Shown here: piece by piece, positions 9,064-18,036 of the stretch
How positions within the stretch are numbered: the first letter of the stretch is position 1
Layout of the letters: each line of letters starts with the position of its first letter
From: Bacteriovoracia bacterium
GTDB lineage: Bacteria; Bdellovibrionota; Bacteriovoracia; Bacteriovoracales; Bacteriovoracaceae
Assembly: GCA_046570105.1 (NCBI GenBank)
Contig: JBKHVI010000001.1
Span: 32,001 to 96,000 of the forward strand
Reading direction: 5' to 3'
Length of the DNA stretch: 64,000 nucleotides
Notes under the pieces: model-generated
Database searches by the model: none
Seen by the model: the letters and a program-made list of their open reading frames with translations, nothing else
Told to the model about the DNA's origin: nothing
Translations under genes and position numbers: made by a program

Positions 9064-9642
9064 GTGGCCGCTAAAAAAGTAAAAAAAGCTCCTGCAAAAA
9101 AAGCAGCTAAAAAACCAGCTAAGAAAGTCGCTGCTAAGAAACCAGCGAAAAAAGTCGCCGCTAAAAAGCCGGCGAAAAAAGTCGCCGCTAAGAAGCCAGC
9201 GAAAAAAGTAGCTGCCAAGAAGCCAGCGAAAAAAGTAGCTGCCAAGAAGCCAGCGAACAAAGCTGCTGCTCCTGCTAAGAAAGCGGCACCAAAAGCTGCT
9301 GCTAAAGAAAGCAAGAAAGCCAAGGTCGTCGTTCTTCCTGCTGTTGTTCCTGCAACACCTGCTCATGCAAAAACGGCTGCCTTTGACGAAGACTACAATT
9401 CTGATGGCGCTGATGAATTTGACGCTGACTTTGATGATGAAGAAGAAGAAACTCCTGCCAAGCCAGCTGCTGACGAGCCAGCTGAAGAAGAGGAAGAAGA
9501 GGGATCTTATGGTTACGGTTGGGGCTATGAGGAAGGCCTTGATAACCCAGAGGAAGCCGAGGAAGAAGACGAAATCTTTGATGAAGATGAAGAGTACGTT
9601 AAGGGCCCCAAAAAGCCTGAGACAGAGGAAGAAGACGATTAG
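9064..9642 (+). CDS. Histone H1-like Lys/Ala/Pro-repeat protein with acidic C-terminal half
   Basis: Five PAKKVAAKK repeats followed by an Asp/Glu-rich tail; GTG start with AAGGA; terminator downstream. Confidence 0.8.
   Translation: MAAKKVKKAPAKKAAKKPAKKVAAKKPAKKVAAKKPAKKVAAKKPAKKVAAKKPAKKVAAKKPANKAAAPAKKAAPKAAAKESKKAKVVVLPAVVPATPAHAKTAAFDEDYNSDGADEFDADFDDEEEETPAKPAADEPAEEEEEEGSYGYGWGYEEGLDNPEEAEEEDEIFDEDEEYVKGPKKPETEEEDD
9115..9249 (+). repeat. 27-bp coding tandem repeat x5 (PAKKVAAKK)
   Basis: Units of the form CCRGCKAARAAAGTMGCYGCYAARAAR seen directly. Confidence 0.9.
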
Positions 9643-9663
9643 TCAGTTCAACATGGAATACTC

Positions 9664-9694
9664 AGAAGTGGCCCAAACGGGCCACTTCTTTTTT
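9664..9694 (+). terminator. Intrinsic terminator
   Basis: AGAAGTGGCCC-AAAC-GGGCCACTTCT followed by a T run. Confidence 0.8.
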
Positions 9695-9702
9695 AAGGCG
9701 AT

Positions 9703-9954
9703 ATGAAAAAACTAGCTCTCTATTATTTTGATGAATGCCCTTACTGCCAGATCGTCATTCGTGCCTTGAGCGAGACTAAGCTCACTGAACATGTCACAAT
9801 GAATAATATAAGAAAGGTCGCAGCTCATCGAGAAAAGCTCATGAATGATACGGGAAGATCAACCGTGCCATGCCTCTATATCGATGACAAACCAATGTTT
9901 GAGAGTCGTGATATTGCCCGCTGGCTTCATGATTATGCCAAAACGTTGAAGTAA
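9703..9954 (+). CDS. Glutaredoxin family protein
   Basis: CPYC active site, TVPCL, FESRDI. Confidence 0.9.
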   Translation: MKKLALYYFDECPYCQIVIRALSETKLTEHVTMNNIRKVAAHREKLMNDTGRSTVPCLYIDDKPMFESRDIARWLHDYAKTLK

Positions 9955-9964
9955 GGAGTCAGTA

Positions 9965-11260
9965 GTGGAAATTCGAGATCCCGTCCATGGCTCAATCGCA
10001 ATCCACGATGCAGAGATTCCCATTATCGATCATCCGCTCTTTCAGCGATTGAGAAATATTAAACAACTGGGTTTTTCTGAATTTGTTTTTCCTGGTGCCA
10101 CTCACACTCGCTACTTACATTCAATTGGCGTAATGAATGTGGGCACGCTCGTTTTTAATGCTCTCTTCAAAGACAACCTCTACGACAAAGAAGTTTTGCG
10201 TCTACGTCAAACACTTCGACTTGGCTGTCTTCTCCATGACATTGGTCATGCTCCCCTCTCTCACGCCACCGAGAGTGTCATGCCAATGGTGGCTGAACTG
10301 AAACTTCCTAAACGGTTTGATGCGGGTAAAGCTCGCCAGGCTTCTCACGAAGACTACACTCTCAAAAGTATTGTGGACTCGAGTTTTACGAGTTCTTTCA
10401 AAGCCGTTCGCGCTGAATTCGGTGTCACTCCAGAAGCCGTTGCCGAATTAGTCTTAGGCGAAACCAGCGATCCTGCTTATTTTAAAATCGGCGGCGTTGA
10501 TTATTTCCCACTACTCCACCAACTTGTCTCATCAGAGATGGACTGTGATCGCATGGATTATCTCTTGCGTGACAGCTATTTTTGCGGCGTGAGCTACGGG
10601 AAATTTGATCTCGACTGGATTATTGATAATCTTAAATCATGTGAAGAAAATGGCAGATCTTACTTAGGAATTAGTGAACGAGCCGTCTCAACGTTCGATG
10701 ATTTTCTCTTAAGCCGCTTTCATATGTTTATGATGGTGTATTTCCACTATCGTGCCGTCTGCCTCGAACAAATGCTTATGCGTTACTTCAAAGCCTCAGG
10801 CACTTCTGAATATGCTATTCCTGCCGACATTGAAGCGTATCTCGATCACGATGACCCACATCTTTGGAAAATTCTACGGAAGAGCCAAGATCCTTGGGCG
10901 AAACGAGTCGTCAGAAATCACATCCCTCGCAAAGTGATGGAAACATTTGGGCCAGACGGTGAAGACCGCATGGCTCAACTTGAGACATTCCTAAAAACAG
11001 CCAACATTGATTACATTAAGTGTTCCTCCAAGGGCAGACTTTCAAAATATTACGCCGACTCAGCCCCACCGAATACTTATCCAATGAAAGTTTTGCGTGA
11101 AGCTCCTCTGGCCGGCGACAAACGTCACATCAATGTAAATCAAGCGACAGATCTCTTTGAGAAATACTCTAAGAGCCACGCAGTCACTCGTCTCCATCTC
11201 GATTACGATGAACTCTCTGCAAATGAGCAGAAGGCCATCCTCGATATTGTGAGGGCCTAG
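9965..11260 (+). CDS. HD-domain phosphohydrolase (SAMHD1-like dNTPase family)
   Basis: IRDPVHG, QRLRNIKQLG, HTRYLHS, LLHDIGH and DCDRMDYL motifs. Confidence 0.9.
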   Translation: MEIRDPVHGSIAIHDAEIPIIDHPLFQRLRNIKQLGFSEFVFPGATHTRYLHSIGVMNVGTLVFNALFKDNLYDKEVLRLRQTLRLGCLLHDIGHAPLSHATESVMPMVAELKLPKRFDAGKARQASHEDYTLKSIVDSSFTSSFKAVRAEFGVTPEAVAELVLGETSDPAYFKIGGVDYFPLLHQLVSSEMDCDRMDYLLRDSYFCGVSYGKFDLDWIIDNLKSCEENGRSYLGISERAVSTFDDFLLSRFHMFMMVYFHYRAVCLEQMLMRYFKASGTSEYAIPADIEAYLDHDDPHLWKILRKSQDPWAKRVVRNHIPRKVMETFGPDGEDRMAQLETFLKTANIDYIKCSSKGRLSKYYADSAPPNTYPMKVLREAPLAGDKRHINVNQATDLFEKYSKSHAVTRLHLDYDELSANEQKAILDIVRA

Positions 11261-11261
11261 C

Positions 11262-11921
11262 GTGCAAAAGATATTCCTCTATTTCACTCTAGTCATTTTC
11301 TACTTGGGGTTGTCGAAAACACTTTCGCCGACTGAGTTAGGAATGGACTATGTACCCAATGAGAGAGGATTATCGAAAATCATTCCAGGTCAAAACGTCA
11401 CAGTTATCTTAACTGACACTCATGCCACCGGCTTTGTGATTAAAACTTATTATCAAAAATATCGTTTGGTTTATGGCTTTCAAGGCGTAGAAGAAATGAT
11501 CGTACGCACGTCACGGGATTTCGCTTTGAAAAACCGCCAAAACATCGGCATGTCACTCTTTAGGCGACAAGATGGCGCAGAAGAAAGCCTACCCATGCCA
11601 CCAGGTGTAACCTATGTCGGGCATAGAGGATTTGGGGAATGGCGAGCTGACAAAAAAGGTGTGATGCGCTGGAGATTTTATCGCGCTTACAAAAACCTCC
11701 CTCGCTATTTAGGCTGGGGACGTTGGCGTCCTGATGTGACCTTCCAAGAGGACTACATCAGTTTCCGTGAAAGGAAAAAACCATTCTATGGGCGCGAACA
11801 AGAGTTTGGCTCGGATGGAAAAATCACAAAAAAGAATTTTCCCAATTTTTTCAAACCTGAACGTCAAAAGAAAGTTGATCTCAAAAGCTTGTTAGTTCGC
11901 TACTTAAAAGAGAACTTCTAA
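11262..11921 (+). CDS. Hypothetical exported/membrane-anchored protein
   Basis: N-terminal hydrophobic segment; PPGxxYVG...GEW motif; operonic spacing. Confidence 0.65.
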   Translation: MQKIFLYFTLVIFYLGLSKTLSPTELGMDYVPNERGLSKIIPGQNVTVILTDTHATGFVIKTYYQKYRLVYGFQGVEEMIVRTSRDFALKNRQNIGMSLFRRQDGAEESLPMPPGVTYVGHRGFGEWRADKKGVMRWRFYRAYKNLPRYLGWGRWRPDVTFQEDYISFRERKKPFYGREQEFGSDGKITKKNFPNFFKPERQKKVDLKSLLVRYLKENF

Positions 11922-11938
11922 GAGAGAAAGGCAGTTAT

Positions 11939-12841
11939 ATGAATGAAATTTTTGATCGACTCCTCATTCGCATCATTTTGGTGGCCATCGTTTGTGCCAT
12001 GCTCTTTATCTATAAATATGCCCATGTACTGTTTTATCCTAGTATGAAGCAGCAAATGACCAAACGATTCTATCCGGCACAAAATCCCGCCGACACCCTC
12101 CACATGTTTTCGCGTCTCATTGGTTTCGCTGTCATTTTAAGCTCTCTCGGTTTCGATGAAAGCCATGGCCTTTTTCTTAGTATTTTCCATTTCCTCGTTT
12201 GGGGCACTCTCACTTGTGGGCTTTATCTCATCTCACTCTTCATTATCGAAAGCATCGTGCTTTATAACTTCGAATACAAAGATGAGATCCTCAAACGCCA
12301 GAACTTAAGCTACGCGACAGTTTGTTTTTCCCATGCCCTTGCCGTGGCCTATGTGACACGAGCCGTAGTCGATCAATCAGAAAACTCTTTGGTTATTCTT
12401 TTTGTACTCTGGCTACTCTCGATGGTTTTTTTGGGCTTCGGTTCACGCTACTACTCTCTTTTAACAAAATTGAATTTTGACCGTTTGATCACTCAACAGA
12501 AGCCGACGATTGCCCTATCTTATATGGGTTTTACCATCGGCCTTGGATGGTTGGTGGGAGAGAGCTTCACCCAAGAACACTACGACATCACCATGTACTG
12601 CGTTCAGGTATTGCTCAAAATGCTCTTGGCGCTGATTATCTACCCACTTTTTAAACGCGGACTTGAGTATGTCTTCAAAACCCGCATCTATGCCGCTGGG
12701 CCCGACTCTGCTCCTCAGGACGTCGATGTCCAGAACTGGGGCTATGGATTTTACGAGTGTGCCCTCTTTATCGCGTCAGCAATCCTGACTTCGATGATCG
12801 TGAATCATATCCAATTCGGCACGATTTACCCCTTCTTCTAA
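11939..12841 (+). CDS. Polytopic membrane protein (DUF350-like)
   Basis: About 8 TM helices with DEILKRQNLS motif reminiscent of DUF350. Confidence 0.6.
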   Translation: MNEIFDRLLIRIILVAIVCAMLFIYKYAHVLFYPSMKQQMTKRFYPAQNPADTLHMFSRLIGFAVILSSLGFDESHGLFLSIFHFLVWGTLTCGLYLISLFIIESIVLYNFEYKDEILKRQNLSYATVCFSHALAVAYVTRAVVDQSENSLVILFVLWLLSMVFLGFGSRYYSLLTKLNFDRLITQQKPTIALSYMGFTIGLGWLVGESFTQEHYDITMYCVQVLLKMLLALIIYPLFKRGLEYVFKTRIYAAGPDSAPQDVDVQNWGYGFYECALFIASAILTSMIVNHIQFGTIYPFF

Positions 12842-12891
12842 GCCACTCTCCAGAAGAGGTAAAATAGAGCTTGGGACAGGAGGTCCCGAGC

Positions 12892-13428
12892 ATGGGAATT
12901 CGCGAAAAAATTCAAAGCAACGTTTTTCATCTCATCAATCTTTTGACTGGTCGCCTCGCTGCGGTTGAGCGTCGTGTGATGAGATTGCAAGAAGAAGTTG
13001 ATCGCCAACTCGCCATTCAACGTAGTCAGATGGTGCGAATCAAAAATCGCGAAGAAATCAGCGATGACTTTATTTTACGTGGAAAAAGCTACAACGATCT
13101 TTCTCCCGAAAAAGCCTGGAAGTTATTCCAACAAAAAGATTTTGATTTTGTTTTCTTGGATGTCTCTCACAGCGATTTTGAACCTGAAGGTCAGCGCCCA
13201 GGTGTGACGATCCATATTCCATTAGAAGAACTCGAGCGTCGCTGGGATGAAATTCCTAATCACTCCACCCCTGTTTTTATTATTTCCGAAGAAGGCCTGC
13301 GCTCAGTTTTGGCCTGCGACTATCTGGCCACCAAGGGCTACTTCAATTGCAATAATGTGTCTGGGGGATGGAAATTCTGGCCAGGGCATCGCTTAGTAGA
13401 TGTCTCTAAGCGAGAAGCGAGCGCTTAA
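12892..13428 (+). CDS. Rhodanese-like domain protein with N-terminal coiled coil
   Basis: LDV...HIPLEEL...GLRS...NVSGGW; ATG at 12892 preceded by AGGAGG. Confidence 0.8.
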   Translation: MGIREKIQSNVFHLINLLTGRLAAVERRVMRLQEEVDRQLAIQRSQMVRIKNREEISDDFILRGKSYNDLSPEKAWKLFQQKDFDFVFLDVSHSDFEPEGQRPGVTIHIPLEELERRWDEIPNHSTPVFIISEEGLRSVLACDYLATKGYFNCNNVSGGWKFWPGHRLVDVSKREASA

Positions 13429-13473
13429 CTTCAAGCCTTAGGCTCAACTGATGAATTTGAGATTTTCAAGCGC

Positions 13474-13929
13474 TTAGATCAGCGTGCCTTTCTTCTGACT
13501 GCTGATTAATTCTTTGTGCAAGTTCTCAAGCATCAACTCCACACGATCAAGCTCAACCTCACCTAGTTTGCGTGAGTAATGAAGCTCGATATCGTTAATA
13601 ACCTGCAATAGATTGATTTTGAATTTCTCGCCATAATCAGTGAGTTTCACCAACTGCTCGCGCTTATCCACATCTGAGTTATGACGTTTAACGTAGCCGC
13701 GTCTTTCGAGCTCGTTGAGATGGCTCGTCATGGTCTGCTTTTTGAGACCGCAGGCCTTGCCAATTAATTTAATCGAGGGTGAGTCGTGTTCGCTAAGGAA
13801 CATGAGGATCTCTAAAAACGATGCTCTCAAATCGGTGAAACCTCTACCTTGGAGTTCATGAATGAGCTCTACGCTGTAGAGGCGATAGATCTGTTTAACT
13901 AAACTTCCGATGTGGGCTATTCGTCGCAT
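13474..13929 (-). CDS. MarR family transcriptional regulator
   Basis: wHTH with LERRGYV...DKR...LTDYG. Confidence 0.9.
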   Translation of the reverse strand: MRRIAHIGSLVKQIYRLYSVELIHELQGRGFTDLRASFLEILMFLSEHDSPSIKLIGKACGLKKQTMTSHLNELERRGYVKRHNSDVDKREQLVKLTDYGEKFKINLLQVINDIELHYSRKLGEVELDRVELMLENLHKELISSQKKGTLI

Positions 13930-13963
13930 ATAGTATGAAGATAATACTATGCGACCCTATTGA

Positions 13964-14176
13964 TTACAACTGTAACTTAGTAAGAACTCGGCTGATCTCT
14001 TCAGGCAATGGCTTCTGCCCTTGGGCCTTACTTACTTCACCGCTAGATGCTTGAAATTCCTCAACTCCCTCAACCCAAAGATCCCATTTCACGCGCTCTT
14101 TAAGACTCACAGGAGCTTCAGCTAAAGCCGCAGATGAAAGTGTTAGGGCCAAAAGAATGAAAGCAAATAAGCGCAT
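13964..14176 (-). CDS. Small secreted hypothetical protein
   Basis: ATG at 14176 after GAGGAG; signal peptide MRLFAFILLALTLSSAALA. Confidence 0.65.
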   Translation of the reverse strand: MRLFAFILLALTLSSAALAEAPVSLKERVKWDLWVEGVEEFQASSGEVSKAQGQKPLPEEISRVLTKLQL

Positions 14177-14251
14177 GTAAGTCTCCTCGTAGACCAAGGA
14201 TAAGGGATAACCCCACGTGCGTGGGGTTCCTGTGTAAAACTTATCAGGGGC

Positions 14252-14423
14252 TTTTAGATATATAACTCACAAGTAAAGTCCGAAGCTTAAATCAATTTAA
14301 AATCAAAGATTGATTGAGGACGCCTCAAGCATTCTACTAGAATGTGCCGTTCATCCTGGAACAGAACTCCCATTACTAATGGGGCCCTGAACCAGGATGA
14401 GACTTGTGAGTTATATTCTAAAA
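14252..14423. repeat. Structured intergenic element, copy B (candidate ncRNA or MITE-like element)
   Basis: 22-bp terminal inverted repeat with one bulge (14252-14274/14402-14423), several internal hairpins, homology to 529-693. Confidence 0.75.
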
Positions 14424-15539
14424 TCAGTTAAAGAAATTTCGACTATTACTGATCGCCGTGACCATTCCAATACAGACACCATAAGTGAGCATCGCGGATC
14501 CGCCATAACTCATCATGGGTAAGGGGATACCCACAATCGGCATAAGGCCTGAGACCATGCTCATATTAATAAAGGTGTGCCAGAAGAAGATCGCCATGAT
14601 GCCAATTACGAGAACTGAGTCGTAGAAGCGCTGGACCGAGGTCGCTAACCAAATCAAGCGTGTCATTAGAATCAAATATAAAAGCATAAGGAAAACTGAG
14701 CCGACAAAACCATGCTCTTCATTAAAAATGGCAAACACGAAGTCGGTATGGTTTTCCGGAAGATACTGCAAAGAGGCCTGCGAAGAGTTTTTAAAACCCT
14801 TTCCAAACAGACGACCCGAACCAATCGCGATCTCAGATTGAATAGCGTTGTAACCTGAACCTTTGGCATCGGCGTAGGGATCAATGAAGGTATGAATACG
14901 CTTACGTTGATATTCACGTAGTCCGAAGTTATACATTAGGACACCGCCAACCAAGGCAACAAGTCCTAGGGAAATAATCGTCTTCCACTTCAATCGCTTG
15001 TAGAAAATCACTAAGGAGAAAATAAGCAACAGGAGCATTCCGGTACCTAAGTCAGGTTGGAGAATAACCATGACGGCAGGAATTCCGGCGATGAGTCCTG
15101 GAACAGGAAGATCTGTGAGCGAAAGCTCCCTTTCCGGAGAAACACGAGAAAAATAGCGGGCCAGCGCCATCGCCAATCCCAGCTTCATAAACTCAGAAGG
15201 CTGCATACGAATCGGACCTAAATTCAACCAACGTTGCGCCCCCATCCCCACATCACCCATCACCATCACCAAAATCAACAGGAAGAAAGTCACGCCATAA
15301 GCGAAATAAGAGACGCGCTCAAATGTTTTAGGATTGAAAACAATACTGACAACGATCGCGACAACTGTAGCGAGTAGCCACCACATAATTTGTGAACGGT
15401 AGAGGTCACCAAGGCCTTCATGACTTTGCGAGTGAGTTGCCGAGTAGAGATTGAGAACGCCAATGAGAAAGATGGCAAAAAAGCTTCCAATAAAGCTGAA
15501 ATCGTATCGTTTAATATATTGCAGAATTGTTTGATACAT
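14424..15539 (-). CDS. rodA: Rod shape-determining SEDS protein RodA
   Basis: GAQRW, QPSEFMK, QPDLGT, LPENHTDF and SYGGS motifs; follows PBP2. Confidence 0.97.
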   Translation of the reverse strand: MYQTILQYIKRYDFSFIGSFFAIFLIGVLNLYSATHSQSHEGLGDLYRSQIMWWLLATVVAIVVSIVFNPKTFERVSYFAYGVTFFLLILVMVMGDVGMGAQRWLNLGPIRMQPSEFMKLGLAMALARYFSRVSPERELSLTDLPVPGLIAGIPAVMVILQPDLGTGMLLLLIFSLVIFYKRLKWKTIISLGLVALVGGVLMYNFGLREYQRKRIHTFIDPYADAKGSGYNAIQSEIAIGSGRLFGKGFKNSSQASLQYLPENHTDFVFAIFNEEHGFVGSVFLMLLYLILMTRLIWLATSVQRFYDSVLVIGIMAIFFWHTFINMSMVSGLMPIVGIPLPMMSYGGSAMLTYGVCIGMVTAISNSRNFFN

Positions 15540-17494
15540 TATTCATCCTCTGCTGGCGGGGCTTCTGCTTTAATAGCGCGCGCCCACTGGGCGCTCATTT
15601 CTTTTTCTTTTTCAAGATTCTTCAAGTAAGCGGCCGGATGATACTTTTGCATGTAAACCGAAACGACCGCTTCTACGACCGGAGTAGCAGCAGAAGAACC
15701 GTGACATCCGTGCTCCACCAAGGCGGCGGCGGCAATCTTAGGATTATCGTACGGAGCAAAACCTACAAACACACCGTGGTGACGGTAGTCATAATCCATC
15801 TGTTCACATTTTTGATAAACTTTGTCGGCAGCAGCGCGGATAACTTGTGATGTACCCGTTTTCCCTGCCATCAAAATACCCTTACCACGACGATAGAATG
15901 CCGTTCCTTTGGGATTGTTTACCACTTGGAAAAGTCCCTCGCGTACAAACTTCAAAGTCTTTTCGTTTTTAAGTTTGAAATCGTTTAAGAGTTCTGGAGT
16001 GAACGTCTTAATCAATTCGCCTTTGGGATTATAGATATCTTTTACGACATATGGACGGAAGATTTTCCCACCGTTGGCAATGGCTCCATAGGCCTGGGCC
16101 ATCTGAATAGTACTCGCGAGAACATAAGACTGCCCGATAGCACAAGAAAGTGTTTCACCGGGCTGCCACTCTTGCCCGAAACGTTTCTTCTTCCATGACT
16201 CAGTTGGAATGAGTCCCGACACTTCTCGTGGAAGAGAAATTCCCGTACGCTTACCAAGACCAAACATGTTGGCGTACTTCGCGATGGTATCAATATCCAT
16301 TTTCATCGCTGCACGCTGGAAGTACATATTACAGCTTTCACGAATGGCTTTCGGTAAAGTTGTTGAACCGTGACCGGCTTGCTTCCAGCAGTGATAAACT
16401 TTGCGACCAAAGCGCATGTTACCGGAACAGAACACCTCGGTATTCTCATCCAGCACACCTTCCTCAAAACCGGCAATTCCCGTTAATGCTTTAAAAGTTG
16501 AACCAGGAGAATAGTGTTCTTGGATATTACGGTCACGCAGTGGATTGTGTTTGTTTTCAGTCAGACTGCGCCAGTATTCAGACGTAAGGCCTCGTGAAAA
16601 CTGAGATGGATCGAACGCCGGGCGAGAAACCATCGCTAAAACTTCACCAGACTCAACATCAATTGCGATGATACTGCCAACCTTGCCTTCCAGAGCTGCG
16701 TAACCTGCCATCTGCATATCACGATCAATCGTCAATTTGACGTTCATCCCCTGCAAGGGCTTTTCATCCTCAATACCTTTAAACAAGTTATCAGTATTGA
16801 TATAACGCTTACGGCGACCACGAGCATCCACCTCAACAAACTCATGTCCGTTGTTACCACGCAGATACTTATCTAATTGTTCTTCAATACCAAACTGGCC
16901 GATGAAATCTCCCAAGCGATAATCCATAGCATCGCGCTTTCTAAATCTGGGGAGCTGTTGTTGGCTGATTTCAGAAATGTAGCCAAGCAGATGGGCACCG
17001 ACATCTTTGTCTTTGTACTCACGAGAAATAAAAGTCTCAACACTCACACCAGGAAGTTCAGCGTTCAAACTCTCAATCTGAGCGAGTTCTTCAAAATTAA
17101 TATTTTTCTTAATCGTGATGGGACGATAAGTCGCTTGATTGGAATTCTTTTTGAGAACTTTATCAATCGTGCCTTCTTCCAGGCTCAGAATTTTATGCAA
17201 GCGCTTGAGAGTCTCTTCTTTATCCAATAAATACTGAGGAGTCAGAATCGCATCGTAACGAGGGATGTTATCCACCAGAAGCTGGTCATCACGGCTGTGA
17301 ATCATTCCTCGTGGGGCCCACACCACTTCTTTACGAAGACGATTTTGAATAGAGAACTGATGAAGCTGTTCACCTTTATACACCTGCAAATACCACAAGC
17401 GGGCCAACAAAAGGCCAAAGGCTGCGAAGATGATATTGGTAATCATCCCGGCACGGGTTTTATGGACTTTAACGAGTTCTTCTTCGCCAAACAT
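15539..17494 (-). CDS. mrdA: Penicillin-binding protein 2
   Basis: PGSTFK (SxxK), SCN (SxN), KTG; mreCD context. Confidence 0.96.
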   Translation of the reverse strand: MFGEEELVKVHKTRAGMITNIIFAAFGLLLARLWYLQVYKGEQLHQFSIQNRLRKEVVWAPRGMIHSRDDQLLVDNIPRYDAILTPQYLLDKEETLKRLHKILSLEEGTIDKVLKKNSNQATYRPITIKKNINFEELAQIESLNAELPGVSVETFISREYKDKDVGAHLLGYISEISQQQLPRFRKRDAMDYRLGDFIGQFGIEEQLDKYLRGNNGHEFVEVDARGRRKRYINTDNLFKGIEDEKPLQGMNVKLTIDRDMQMAGYAALEGKVGSIIAIDVESGEVLAMVSRPAFDPSQFSRGLTSEYWRSLTENKHNPLRDRNIQEHYSPGSTFKALTGIAGFEEGVLDENTEVFCSGNMRFGRKVYHCWKQAGHGSTTLPKAIRESCNMYFQRAAMKMDIDTIAKYANMFGLGKRTGISLPREVSGLIPTESWKKKRFGQEWQPGETLSCAIGQSYVLASTIQMAQAYGAIANGGKIFRPYVVKDIYNPKGELIKTFTPELLNDFKLKNEKTLKFVREGLFQVVNNPKGTAFYRRGKGILMAGKTGTSQVIRAAADKVYQKCEQMDYDYRHHGVFVGFAPYDNPKIAAAALVEHGCHGSSAATPVVEAVVSVYMQKYHPAAYLKNLEKEKEMSAQWARAIKAEAPPAEDE

Positions 17495-17497
17495 GAA

Positions 17498-18034
17498 TTA
17501 GATTTCCACGCCGGAGCGGCCGACTTCATTCTCTACTGCCCAGACCTTATCCAATAGTTTGAATAAGAAGGGAGAGAGGATAGATAATAAAAAGGTACTT
17601 GGGATTGCATTCCAGAACAAAAGACTGAACTGATCAAAGCTACCGAGCTTAAGACATATAATTGAAACCGTCGTGAGGTACCAAACGATCTGGAATATTT
17701 GCACGGTAATAATAGTGGCGATAGCACTTGAGAACTGCAGAATTTCTTTCATGTAGCTAGCGATCAATGACACAAAAATTCCTACCAAGGTACCAAGCGC
17801 CCAACCTTCCATTGAGAAAGCTGAATGGACGAGTTGCAACATCACTACGAACCACGGCAAGAGCGGTGTGGTTAATTTAAGTGCCATGAACAAAATGATC
17901 ACAACGTTGAATGCCAGACGATAATCACGCCAGCCGATCGCGGGCAAGAATGCCGAGGTGGCAATTTCAAGTGCGACGAGAATGCCTAAGGTGACAAGTG
18001 TCGAAAGAATAAGTCTAGAGAGACGCGGTTGCAT
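17498..18034 (-). CDS. mreD: Rod shape-determining protein MreD
   Basis: Small polytopic membrane protein between mreC and mrdA. Confidence 0.75.
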   Translation of the reverse strand: MQPRLSRLILSTLVTLGILVALEIATSAFLPAIGWRDYRLAFNVVIILFMALKLTTPLLPWFVVMLQLVHSAFSMEGWALGTLVGIFVSLIASYMKEILQFSSAIATIITVQIFQIVWYLTTVSIICLKLGSFDQFSLLFWNAIPSTFLLSILSPFLFKLLDKVWAVENEVGRSGVEI

Positions 18035-18036
18035 AC

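Noticed and set aside
9115..9249. CRISPR-like repeat array
   Set aside because: Contiguous in-frame 27-bp units without spacers; no cas genes.
9018..9366. Antisense repeat ORFs (FFAGFLAAT and FFRWLLG repeats)
   Set aside because: Shadows of the PAKKVAAKK coding repeat.
14252..14423. 6S RNA assignment for the structured element
   Set aside because: The size and a CCTGAACC motif are suggestive, but the fold is multibranched rather than a rod with a central bubble, and a homologous second copy has direct-repeat flanks.
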